A DNA stretch of 15,900 nt, taken from Candidatus Micrarchaeaceae archaeon (GTDB lineage: Archaea > Micrarchaeota > Micrarchaeia > Micrarchaeales > Micrarchaeaceae). The stretch's first letter is position 1, and every line of letters begins with the position of its first letter. Below the pieces are notes generated by a model, which made no database searches, was not told the origin of the DNA, and worked only from the letters and a program-made list of their open reading frames with translations. The stretch lies in NCBI GenBank assembly GCA_050013715.1, contig JBEKES010000019.1:1-15900 (forward strand). Reading direction: 5' to 3'. Shown here in pieces: positions 1-7,925 of this stretch. The translations under genes and the position numbers were made by a program.

Positions 1-61
1 ACAGCAACAAATAAATATTATATCGATTTTAATTTATCTGATCTGTTTACAAGTGAATTGG

Positions 62-244
62 ATGAGCAACGGCCATGCCAAAGGCAAAAAACCCACCAAG
101 AATGCGGAGTATAAGAAATACCTTCGTACTCTTGCAGAAGAATTAAAGGAACGCAGGCAGCTTAACAAAAAGCAAGCTCGGGAATTCATAATGCTTTTTG
201 TAAGGATAAGGCGTCTGGAAAACAAACAGTCTAGCCGAAAGTGA
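62..244 (+). CDS. Small, highly basic hypothetical protein (~60 aa)
   Basis: ORF 53..244. The ATG at 62 is preceded by GTGA (SD-like) and an AT-rich TATA-like tract near the window start. Lys/Arg-rich and helical-looking. The 3' end overlaps the convergent gene by 14 bp. No family recognised. Confidence 0.45.
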   Translation: MSNGHAKGKKPTKNAEYKKYLRTLAEELKERRQLNKKQAREFIMLFVRIRRLENKQSSRK

Positions 245-1304
245 ACGTAAATATTCTGAAGTTAGGATTTGCCTCTATTTCCAAAGTATGCCAACCGTAG
301 GATTGAGCTGCAACAATATTGTACAATCTTGATGTACTCACATTTGCGACTGCCTCATTTCCAGAAAGATGATCATCTGCCCCTAAATCGCTGGAGGATA
401 GGTTCTTTCCGTCGAGTTTTATTACTAGGCTCGTATTGGCTCCGTTATTTCCAGAGGCAACGACATTGACATTCTTCGCCTTGTAAACAAGGAATATGTC
501 AGAATTGTTTACGGCTATCATGCTGTCAGGAGCATTGTACCATTGGCCCTGCAGATAGGCTGTGTTATTTTGCAATGTGCCCGTAATCGTGTAGTTTACG
601 GTGCTGTTGGGCACGAAGCCCTGCGAATTGCCAAGGGGCTGCCTTTCCCTTGCATAGCCCAGGTATAATTCTGGAGTTCCTATTCCTGAGAAGTTTACAG
701 CGCTGGCAACATTCGTCATGTTTGAAGGCACAACATATCCTGCGTTTTGCAGTAATTCCCTTATCGCCATTTCCGTCTCGTTGTAATTCCCTTCGCCAAA
801 TGAAACATACCTAACATCGCCATTCTTATCTATCAGATAATCTGCGGGCCAGTACTGATTCTGATAGGCATCCCATGTCGAATAATTATTGTCAAGAGCC
901 ACGGGATATTCTATCCCGAATTTTTCCACTGCATTTTTCACATTTGTATAATTGTGCTCGAATTCGAATTCAGGAGTTGACACGCCTATTATAACCAGTC
1001 CGTTGTTTCCGTATTCGTTGTACCAGGAATTGAGATGAGGTATTGTGCGTATGCAGTTTATGCAGGAATAGGTCCAGAAATCTATAAGGACCACCTTGCC
1101 CCTTAGCTGCGTAAGGTTCAACGGCTGTGAGTTTATCCATCCGGCTATTCCCTGAAGGTTGGGCGCCGGGCCGTAGTTTGTAAGATTCAACGGAACGCTG
1201 CTTTTCGCTGAAAGGTTCTTGTTAAATACAAGCGTGGACAAAAGCGCGGCCGCTATGATGACCGCAATGATTCCGAATACGATAATGTATGTGTTTGTTT
1301 TCAT
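231..1304 (-). CDS. DipZ-like membrane-anchored thioredoxin/redoxin (TlpA-like domain plus C-terminal beta-rich domain)
   Basis: N-terminal hydrophobic anchor. LRGKVVLIDFWTYSCINCIRT (CxxC) motif, STPEFEFE, NQYWPADYLID cis-Pro motif, GEGNY, and a TPELYLG...RLYNIV...FTFTFG C-terminus, all typical of the DipZ soluble portion. ATGA overlap with the upstream ccdA stop. Confidence 0.88.
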   Translation of the reverse strand: MKTNTYIIVFGIIAVIIAAALLSTLVFNKNLSAKSSVPLNLTNYGPAPNLQGIAGWINSQPLNLTQLRGKVVLIDFWTYSCINCIRTIPHLNSWYNEYGNNGLVIIGVSTPEFEFEHNYTNVKNAVEKFGIEYPVALDNNYSTWDAYQNQYWPADYLIDKNGDVRYVSFGEGNYNETEMAIRELLQNAGYVVPSNMTNVASAVNFSGIGTPELYLGYARERQPLGNSQGFVPNSTVNYTITGTLQNNTAYLQGQWYNAPDSMIAVNNSDIFLVYKAKNVNVVASGNNGANTSLVIKLDGKNLSSSDLGADDHLSGNEAVANVSTSRLYNIVAAQSYGWHTLEIEANPNFRIFTFTFG

Positions 1305-2020
1305 TTGCTAACCTGTTCCGCTGTTGTGCCTGCCATGTAGGAGAAATAGGCAGGAAGTATGGGCAATATGCAGGGCGAAAAGAATGTGAGAATTCCTGCC
1401 ACTATCGCTATTGCGAAATTCAATTGATTGCTTAGGGACATTGCACCCTGATTGCCTATTAGGAATACTGCAAGAAGGCCTATATACCCTGTTATTACCA
1501 GCAATCCTATGGCCACAAGGAAAAGCCCCCCAACTATGTTGAAATACTTGAGGAATTTGTGTATTTTCTTGAAGAAGTTTGATGCCTTCGATATGAATGC
1601 ACCGAAAACCAGGAATGGTATGCCCAGCCCCAGCGAATACGCAAGCAGCAAAAGAAAGCTTATGCCAGGGGAAGTAGCTGCAAGTATGTATATGGAGCCA
1701 AGGATTGCGCCAACGCAGGGAGTCCACCCCAATGCAAAGGCTATGCCGAAAATAAACGATGATGCAAAACTATTGCTGTACCTTTTCGTGGCGATCCTGT
1801 GCTCCGTTGAGAAGAAAGGGATTATGTACTTTGCTGAAAGTATGAGTATAACTCCGAAAATGATTATTATGACTCCGCCGATTATCTTTAGTATGTTCAT
1901 TACTGAAAAGGATACGTGCGTAAGGAATGTTTGCAATAATATTCCAAGCACTGCAAATATCAGTATGAACCCTATTACGAAAAATACCGAGTTTAGGAAT
2001 ATAACCTCTTCTTTCTTCAT
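1301..2020 (-). CDS. ccdA: CcdA/DsbD-beta family transmembrane electron transporter, apparently circularly permuted
   Basis: Multiple TM helices with FALGWTPCVGAILGSI, AYSLGLGIPF and AGILTFFSPCILPILPAY motifs. Start set to the ATG at 2020 (MKKEEV), which has AGGTGG SD upstream, rather than 2065 from the ORF track. Confidence 0.88.
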   Translation of the reverse strand: MKKEEVIFLNSVFFVIGFILIFAVLGILLQTFLTHVSFSVMNILKIIGGVIIIIFGVILILSAKYIIPFFSTEHRIATKRYSNSFASSFIFGIAFALGWTPCVGAILGSIYILAATSPGISFLLLLAYSLGLGIPFLVFGAFISKASNFFKKIHKFLKYFNIVGGLFLVAIGLLVITGYIGLLAVFLIGNQGAMSLSNQLNFAIAIVAGILTFFSPCILPILPAYFSYMAGTTAEQVSK

Positions 2021-2095
2021 TTCATTACCCACCTGTCCGTCCGAACTTGTTAAAATATGTAGCACACAAAACTATTTATTACTCTCATTGGATAA

Positions 2096-3598
2096 TTGAG
2101 TAGTTATTGTGATCATTTGCATGAATACGAAGCCAAGCTGTTGACTTTTCTGGTGAAGAACAGGGAGGCAAAACTAGTGGAGCTGGAGGACAATCTAGAC
2201 ATGAGCAAGGACTCGGTGCTCTGGGCCATTGAGAATCTTTTGAAAACCAATGCTATTACAGTAAAAAGAGCAAAGTCAAACGCAATTTCCATTACCGATG
2301 AGGGCAAAAGTAATTTGGGCGAATTTCCTGAAGAGGCTCTTGTGAAAATGCTATTGAAGTCCAATGGAAAGGAGCACATAGCAAAAATAAAGAACAGCAT
2401 AGGAATCGTATGGGCAAAGAAAAACAACTGGATTATGGTAAACAATGGCATTGTGGAATTGACTACAGCAGGAAAGAGCATGGCAAAAACTAGCACCTAT
2501 GACGCAAGGACCATACTGTCTAAATTAAATGAGCTGAAGGGAAAAGAACAGGAGCAGTTAATCAAAAACAACGCAGGCATTATCGACGCACTTTCGAAGA
2601 GGGGATTAATACAGCTAAAGGAAAGGAGCTACATAGAATCAGTTTCGATAAATCCCAGCGCCAAAAATCTTCTTGATGATTCGAAATCAGAGAAAGGAAT
2701 TGGTGCGCTCACAAAAGAGATCATAAGCAATGAAAGCTGGAAAAAGGCAGGATTCAGGTCCTATGACATAAACGCCCCAGTGGAAGAGATTTATCCGGCA
2801 AGGCAGCATCCATTGAGGGAATTGACAAATCTCGTAAGGCAGAAGTGGCTGGAGATGGGTTTCGTAGAAGTGTCAGGACCGATTGTGGAAACAGCATTTT
2901 GGAACTTTGATGCGCTTTTCTCACCTCAAGACCATCCAACCAGGGAAATGCAGGATACCTTCTTTCTTAAGAATCCAAAACAATTGGACATAGAAGATCT
3001 TGAAATGATGCAAAAGGTAAAGCAGATGCACATCAAGGGATGGAAGGAGAAATGGAGCGAAGAGATATCAAGGGGCGCATTGCTTAGAACGCATACAACA
3101 AGCGTTTCAGCACATTACATCAAAAAATTTGCCAATGCGTTGGATGAGAATCTTCCTCTGAAGCTATTTTCTCTGGGAAGCGTATTCAGGAACGAGAACC
3201 TGGATTACAAGCATTTAGCGGAGTTGCACCAGTATGATGGCATAATAATAGGCAACAACCTCACTCTTGCAAATCTGATAGACACGCTTAAAAGGTTCTA
3301 CAGGAAGCTAGGACTTGATAATATAGAAATAAGACCTTCATATTTTCCATTTACAGAACCGAGCCTTGAAGTGTTTTACTACGATGAAAAGCGCAGAAGT
3401 TACATAGAATTGGGCGGAGGAGGAATCATAAGAAAGGAGATAACAGCTGCAATGGGCACCAACAAGACAGTGCTCGCCTGGGGACAAGGATTAGAAAGAC
3501 TTATGCTCAACAGAAACATATTTGAAATAAATTCAATTGTCGATCTTTACAAGAACGATGTTGATTGGCTTAGGAAGAGGAAAGTTATCAAGGTTTGA
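2096..3598 (+). CDS. pheS: Phenylalanine--tRNA ligase alpha subunit (archaeal/eukaryal long type)
   Basis: FWNFDALFSPQDHPTREMQDTF, LLRTHTT, motif 2 VFRNE, YFPFTEPS, motif 3 AWGQGLERL, and a long N-terminal winged-helix-like extension. The exact start (TTG 2096 or slightly downstream) is uncertain. Confidence 0.97.
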   Translation: MSSYCDHLHEYEAKLLTFLVKNREAKLVELEDNLDMSKDSVLWAIENLLKTNAITVKRAKSNAISITDEGKSNLGEFPEEALVKMLLKSNGKEHIAKIKNSIGIVWAKKNNWIMVNNGIVELTTAGKSMAKTSTYDARTILSKLNELKGKEQEQLIKNNAGIIDALSKRGLIQLKERSYIESVSINPSAKNLLDDSKSEKGIGALTKEIISNESWKKAGFRSYDINAPVEEIYPARQHPLRELTNLVRQKWLEMGFVEVSGPIVETAFWNFDALFSPQDHPTREMQDTFFLKNPKQLDIEDLEMMQKVKQMHIKGWKEKWSEEISRGALLRTHTTSVSAHYIKKFANALDENLPLKLFSLGSVFRNENLDYKHLAELHQYDGIIIGNNLTLANLIDTLKRFYRKLGLDNIEIRPSYFPFTEPSLEVFYYDEKRRSYIELGGGGIIRKEITAAMGTNKTVLAWGQGLERLMLNRNIFEINSIVDLYKNDVDWLRKRKVIKV

Positions 3599-3603
3599 TT
3601 TGA

Positions 3604-5265
3604 ATGCCAGTAATTACCTTTGAATTGAATGACCTTAAAAAAGAGGGATATGCACTGAAAAGTTTGGAGCAGATTCTTCCAAAGATAGGAATGGAAATTG
3701 AGGAAGTTACAGATCACGAGATTCATTTGTCAGCTGCGCCCAACAGGCTTGATCTTCTTGATTTCGCAGGACTCATAAGAACGCTCGATAATTTCACAGG
3801 CAAAAAAATACCGCGTGAAAATTTCTATAAAATAAAGAAGGAACCAGTATTGGAGATATATGTTGATGCTAAAGTAAAACAAACAAGGTCTTATATCGGA
3901 GGATTAGTCGTAAAGAATTTGGATCTGAACGGAAACTTGCTTAAATACCTAATAAACTTTACGGAAAAATTCGTAGACACTTACGGAAGGAGAAGGAAGA
4001 AGATTGCAATCGGGCTCCATAACCTTGATGCAGTAAAAGGGAACATAGTTTATTCTGCATCTTCAGATGAGTCTTTTGTTCCACTTAACGGACCAAAGAA
4101 AATAAGTTTCAACGAGATAATGCAAAAGAACGATAAAGGGATAAACTACAGAGACACCATACCAAATTACGGCAATAAAAATGTTGTGTACCCATTCATC
4201 AAGGATGATGAGAAAATACTGGCCATGATACCAATAATAAATTCCGAAGCAACTAAGGTTACGCAGAAAACAAGGAACCTTTTCATAGACATAACTGGAA
4301 CATCGCCCATAGCGATAGAAAATACTGCAAACCTTCTTGCCTGCTCATTCCTTTATGTTGGCGCAGAAGTATACCCTGTAAAAATCAAAAACCAGAAGGA
4401 GATGCCCATCACGCCTTTGCTCGAATACCAAAAAATAAGAGTCAACATGCTAAAAGTTGATAAGGTAATTGGCACCGTAATTGAGAAAAAGAAATCCATA
4501 GCGCTTGCAAATAAAATGGGCTATGTTGCAGCACAGTATGGAAACGCAACAATGTTCTACGTGCCGCCCTACAGGATAGACGTGATGAACGAGCAGGATG
4601 TAACTGAAGACATAGCAATTGCATTCGGCTATGAAAATATTGCACCGCAACCCATAGTAGGTATATCCAGCGGGCTTGCGGGAGATCTGCAGGAATATCA
4701 GAACAAGCTCTCTGTGTTCGCGGTTGGATTAGGAATCATGGAGGCGATCAACAGCTCATTAACAAACGAGAAAATGAACTATGCAGATATGCTGCAAAGC
4801 CACAAGGATAAAAATTACATAAGCATAGCTGAATCCAAAACCGAAAATATATCCATGCTCAGGACCATGCTGCTGCCCGGATTATTGAACAACCTGAGCA
4901 ATTCAAGAAGCTACAAGATGCCGCAGCGGCTTTTTGAGGTAGGAAGCACCTTTACGTTCGATAAAAATGCAATAAAAGAATCCATAGACATTTCCATAGT
5001 AAGCGAGCATGCGAAGGCTAACTTTTCCGAGATGAGAAGCATGGTAGATGCGCTATTGATTTACCTGGACACATCCAGTTACAGGATACTTGAGCACAAG
5101 GATAATTCTTTCATAGAAGGACGATGCTGCAAAATAGAGATAGATAAAAAAGTGGTCGGCATTTTTGGAGAGCTGCATCCTAAAGTATTGCAGAACTTCG
5201 GGCTGGATGAGCCCTGCGTTGGACTGGAGCTCACCCTCATAGATGATGTGGAGTACAAATTCTAA
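3604..5265 (+). CDS. pheT: Phenylalanine--tRNA ligase beta subunit (archaeal type)
   Basis: MPVI start, PNRLDLL, GRRRKKIAIGLHNLD (B3/4), PIINSE, VPPYRIDV..EDIAIAFGY (B5), LRTMLLPGLL, GELHPKVL. Lies 5 bp after pheS. Confidence 0.97.
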   Translation: MPVITFELNDLKKEGYALKSLEQILPKIGMEIEEVTDHEIHLSAAPNRLDLLDFAGLIRTLDNFTGKKIPRENFYKIKKEPVLEIYVDAKVKQTRSYIGGLVVKNLDLNGNLLKYLINFTEKFVDTYGRRRKKIAIGLHNLDAVKGNIVYSASSDESFVPLNGPKKISFNEIMQKNDKGINYRDTIPNYGNKNVVYPFIKDDEKILAMIPIINSEATKVTQKTRNLFIDITGTSPIAIENTANLLACSFLYVGAEVYPVKIKNQKEMPITPLLEYQKIRVNMLKVDKVIGTVIEKKKSIALANKMGYVAAQYGNATMFYVPPYRIDVMNEQDVTEDIAIAFGYENIAPQPIVGISSGLAGDLQEYQNKLSVFAVGLGIMEAINSSLTNEKMNYADMLQSHKDKNYISIAESKTENISMLRTMLLPGLLNNLSNSRSYKMPQRLFEVGSTFTFDKNAIKESIDISIVSEHAKANFSEMRSMVDALLIYLDTSSYRILEHKDNSFIEGRCCKIEIDKKVVGIFGELHPKVLQNFGLDEPCVGLELTLIDDVEYKF

Positions 5266-5312
5266 CTACCCAAAGATAAACCTAATGGCTTTTATTGTCG
5301 AAAATACGACCT

Positions 5313-5328
5313 GAAAAGATTTAAATAT
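5313..5328 (+). promoter_or_regulatory. Putative archaeal BRE/TATA promoter for the 5359 ORF
   Basis: GAAAAG-ATTTAAATA about 30-45 bp upstream of the GTG start. GTGAT SD at 5351-5355. Confidence 0.55.
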
Positions 5329-5358
5329 TAGGAAAATCATAACGCATTTAGTGATAAA

Positions 5359-5889
5359 GTGCCAACAGCAGAACTGGAAAAATATAATGTTAGTGTACAA
5401 CATAGAAAGCCAATTCGTTCAATTATGAATACATTATTGAGGAAATTCAACAGCCACAAAACTGAAGATGCAATAGGATATATAAATGAACTTTCATATA
5501 GGGCATTTTTTGACGATCAGGGCAAAGCAAAGTCAAGCATTCTGCTAAAAGACATAGAACAGATAGAGAGAGAATACAACAAATTCTTAGACACAAATGA
5601 TCCAAACGCACAGCAAGTAGATAGGCTAATCCCAAATCTTTTCATAGAATATCTTGAAGTAGGGAAGTATTTAGTGACATTAAAAGTGCTGGTAAACAGG
5701 TGCACAACAGATAGTGGAAGGTTACGGGCCACATTTCTTAATTACATTACCATGGATGACAGAACCAAACTGGCCATGAAACACGAATACTGGCATACCA
5801 TTGATGATCCCGTAACAAGATTAATGAAAGGTGCATTTGAAATCGTTGAGGAAAAAGGATCATCGAATTTATTTGAAGTGCAAATCTAG
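5359..5889 (+). CDS. Hypothetical protein (176 aa), no recognised family
   Basis: Open frame fills the gap between pheT and DUF763, with its own TATA and GTGAT SD. Its stop overlaps the convergent stop in CTAG (5886-5889). Confidence 0.7.
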   Translation: MPTAELEKYNVSVQHRKPIRSIMNTLLRKFNSHKTEDAIGYINELSYRAFFDDQGKAKSSILLKDIEQIEREYNKFLDTNDPNAQQVDRLIPNLFIEYLEVGKYLVTLKVLVNRCTTDSGRLRATFLNYITMDDRTKLAMKHEYWHTIDDPVTRLMKGAFEIVEEKGSSNLFEVQI

Positions 5890-6941
5890 CTGCGGTTATT
5901 TTCCAGGCTTGCATTGAGCCTTTTCAATACCTTGTACTTTTCGTTGTTTTCTATTCTTGCATTTTCGATTATTTCACTCATAAGCTTGCAAACATTATCG
6001 TAGGTTTTCTTGTTTATCTCGAAAGGTATTTTGTCTTTTCCACCTAGATTATAGGCATACATTACAGGATCCCTATAGGCAAGCTCTTTGTCATATATCA
6101 GCGATGAGACAAATGCCAATGACCTTAGCGTTGCGCGCCCAACACCCTTTACAAGAAGAAGCTCCCTGTAGTCTTTAGGATCCAGTTCGTTGGCTTTTGC
6201 TATTGTAGCAACTGCCCTTTTGCTCATGTCTATATTCATTTCTATTTCATGCCTCATCGGATATGTCTTTGTCAGTATTTTTTGGTACTCTTCCAGTGCC
6301 TCGCTTCCCGATTCCCTTACCCATTTGTTGTTATTTGCAGTTAAATCAAGAGAACTTGAATGGTTCTGGGAGTATACGGAAGAATGCGGCTCGTTCGCTA
6401 TGTCTTTTTCATTTACATAATCGCAATACCATTGGAAGCGCACGGCAATGTCGCTGCCGCTTGACATTCCTTGTTGTACAACTGCCCATTTTCCTTTCGA
6501 GAACATTATCGTGTGATGGTATATCCCTATTTTGTCATATACCAGTCCGGAATCCACTTTTGCGGCTATCCTGCTTTTCTCCTGAAGTTCAGTTGCCTGA
6601 TTTGTAATTGAAAGTATATCTGTGCCTTTGATTATATCACTGGGAGTTTTGAGCCCTGCCTTGCCCTTGCCTCCTGCAATGTAAACTTCGCTGGACTCGT
6701 TTAGCGCTTCCCTTAATGCGCCCATTGTAACTGTTGTTGTTCCGCTGCTGTGCCAGTCGTATCCTATTGCGCAGGAAAGCGCCTGGAACCAGTTCGGATC
6801 AGCTATTCTTCTTACTAATTCATCCGCTCCGAATTCATCCATTATCACATAGGATATTGCCCTAGAAAGAGTTACCATTCTGCCAAATAGCCATCTTGGC
6901 GCCCTACCACCGTGCAAAGGAAGCTCAGTGATTGAATGCAT
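5886..6941 (-). CDS. DUF763 family protein
   Basis: LPLHGGRAPRWLFGRM, DPNWFQAL, GYDWHSSGTTT, GGKG, WAVVQQGM, HhH-like LLLVKGVGRATLRSL, GGKDKIPF. Start set to ATG 6941, with TTATATA on the minus strand at 6969-6963. Confidence 0.9.
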   Translation of the reverse strand: MHSITELPLHGGRAPRWLFGRMVTLSRAISYVIMDEFGADELVRRIADPNWFQALSCAIGYDWHSSGTTTVTMGALREALNESSEVYIAGGKGKAGLKTPSDIIKGTDILSITNQATELQEKSRIAAKVDSGLVYDKIGIYHHTIMFSKGKWAVVQQGMSSGSDIAVRFQWYCDYVNEKDIANEPHSSVYSQNHSSSLDLTANNNKWVRESGSEALEEYQKILTKTYPMRHEIEMNIDMSKRAVATIAKANELDPKDYRELLLVKGVGRATLRSLAFVSSLIYDKELAYRDPVMYAYNLGGKDKIPFEINKKTYDNVCKLMSEIIENARIENNEKYKVLKRLNASLENNRS

Positions 6942-6980
6942 GGTAGTATTGCTCAACTAACCTATATAATTGATTCTCAA

Positions 6981-7772
6981 TTAAAAGTTCTTTTTGATTC
7001 TGCTTTTTATCTTTCGTTCAAGTCTTTCGGCAAAGTGCATTGTTTTGCCTTTGAATCTTACCACGTTTATTTTCCTGCTGGACAACTTGACCCTGAAAGT
7101 ATCTCCAGGTTTCAGAACATCAACCTGAGTCCCATCATAGATCAAATTGCCTTTGTATTTTATCACTTCTATTTCGATTTCTATGTTGGAATCTGTTATT
7201 ATTGAATTTCTGAATGGAGCATTAGGATTCAAGAAAGTCAGGCAAAGCACCTGCGGAGTAAGTATTACAGGCCCCCCTGCCGATAAATTGTATGCAGTAG
7301 AGCCTATTTTGCTTGTTATTATTACACCATCGCCGCTCATCACAAACGGGTATATTTTCCTCTTTGTCTGAGGATAAATGGTGCTATTTGATTTCTTCAA
7401 TACCTCGTATATATTGAAGCTTACTTCTTCAAGTAGATTATTCAGTCTTGCTTCGTTTACTGCAAAATAATGCTTGTTCTTGTATATTATCTCTATCTTA
7501 TTTGCTATGTTTTCTACAGTGTAATTGCCCTTTTTTATGTTTTCTATTACTAAATCGACATCTTCAAGCTTCAAATCAGAATGATAGCCTATGCTTCCTC
7601 CTTCCTCGTCTCTTATCAATAGCACAGGCTTCTCTGTTGTTTGCGCTGTTCTTATGAAAGTGCCGTCCCCACCTATTGCAATGTATATGTCGCCATCTTT
7701 CCCAACAGTAAAATTGTCATGGAATTTCTTGAGTTGCGGATATTTTTTCTTGCTTATTATTGTTACTTTCAT
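6981..7772 (-). CDS. nadK: NAD(+) kinase
   Basis: IGGDGTF motif, AVNE motif, GDGVIITSKIGSTAYNLSAGGP, and YDG. Confidence 0.93.
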   Translation of the reverse strand: MKVTIISKKKYPQLKKFHDNFTVGKDGDIYIAIGGDGTFIRTAQTTEKPVLLIRDEEGGSIGYHSDLKLEDVDLVIENIKKGNYTVENIANKIEIIYKNKHYFAVNEARLNNLLEEVSFNIYEVLKKSNSTIYPQTKRKIYPFVMSGDGVIITSKIGSTAYNLSAGGPVILTPQVLCLTFLNPNAPFRNSIITDSNIEIEIEVIKYKGNLIYDGTQVDVLKPGDTFRVKLSSRKINVVRFKGKTMHFAERLERKIKSRIKKNF

Positions 7773-7848
7773 ACAAATCCAGTTATAGATAACAATTTGG
7801 ATTTTAATACTTATCTGTGCTTTCTATCCTAACAGCTCATGCATGCAG

Positions 7849-7875
7849 TATTTGAGTAATCGTAGAACTCAAATA
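7849..7875. promoter_or_regulatory. Perfect inverted repeat in the divergent nadK/pdhA intergenic region; candidate operator
   Basis: TATTTGAGT (7849-7857), a 9-nt spacer, then ACTCAAATA (7867-7875). It lies between TATA-like elements at ~7801-7812 (minus) and ~7885-7897 (plus). Confidence 0.55.
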
Positions 7876-7925
7876 AAACATAGCAATATATTATTTACTT
7901 GTGATATTATTTTGCTTAGGGTGTT

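Noticed and set aside
1308..1727. 139-aa alternative-frame ORF inside ccdA
   Set aside because: Fully nested in a well-supported gene, with no sign of a frameshift because the ccdA frame is intact.
1452..2099. 215-aa plus-strand ORF
   Set aside because: Antisense shadow of ccdA; hydrophobic-codon genes often leave the opposite frame open, and it has no motifs.
5297..5310. GTCG-N6-CGAC mini inverted repeat after pheT
   Set aside because: A 4-bp stem is expected by chance.
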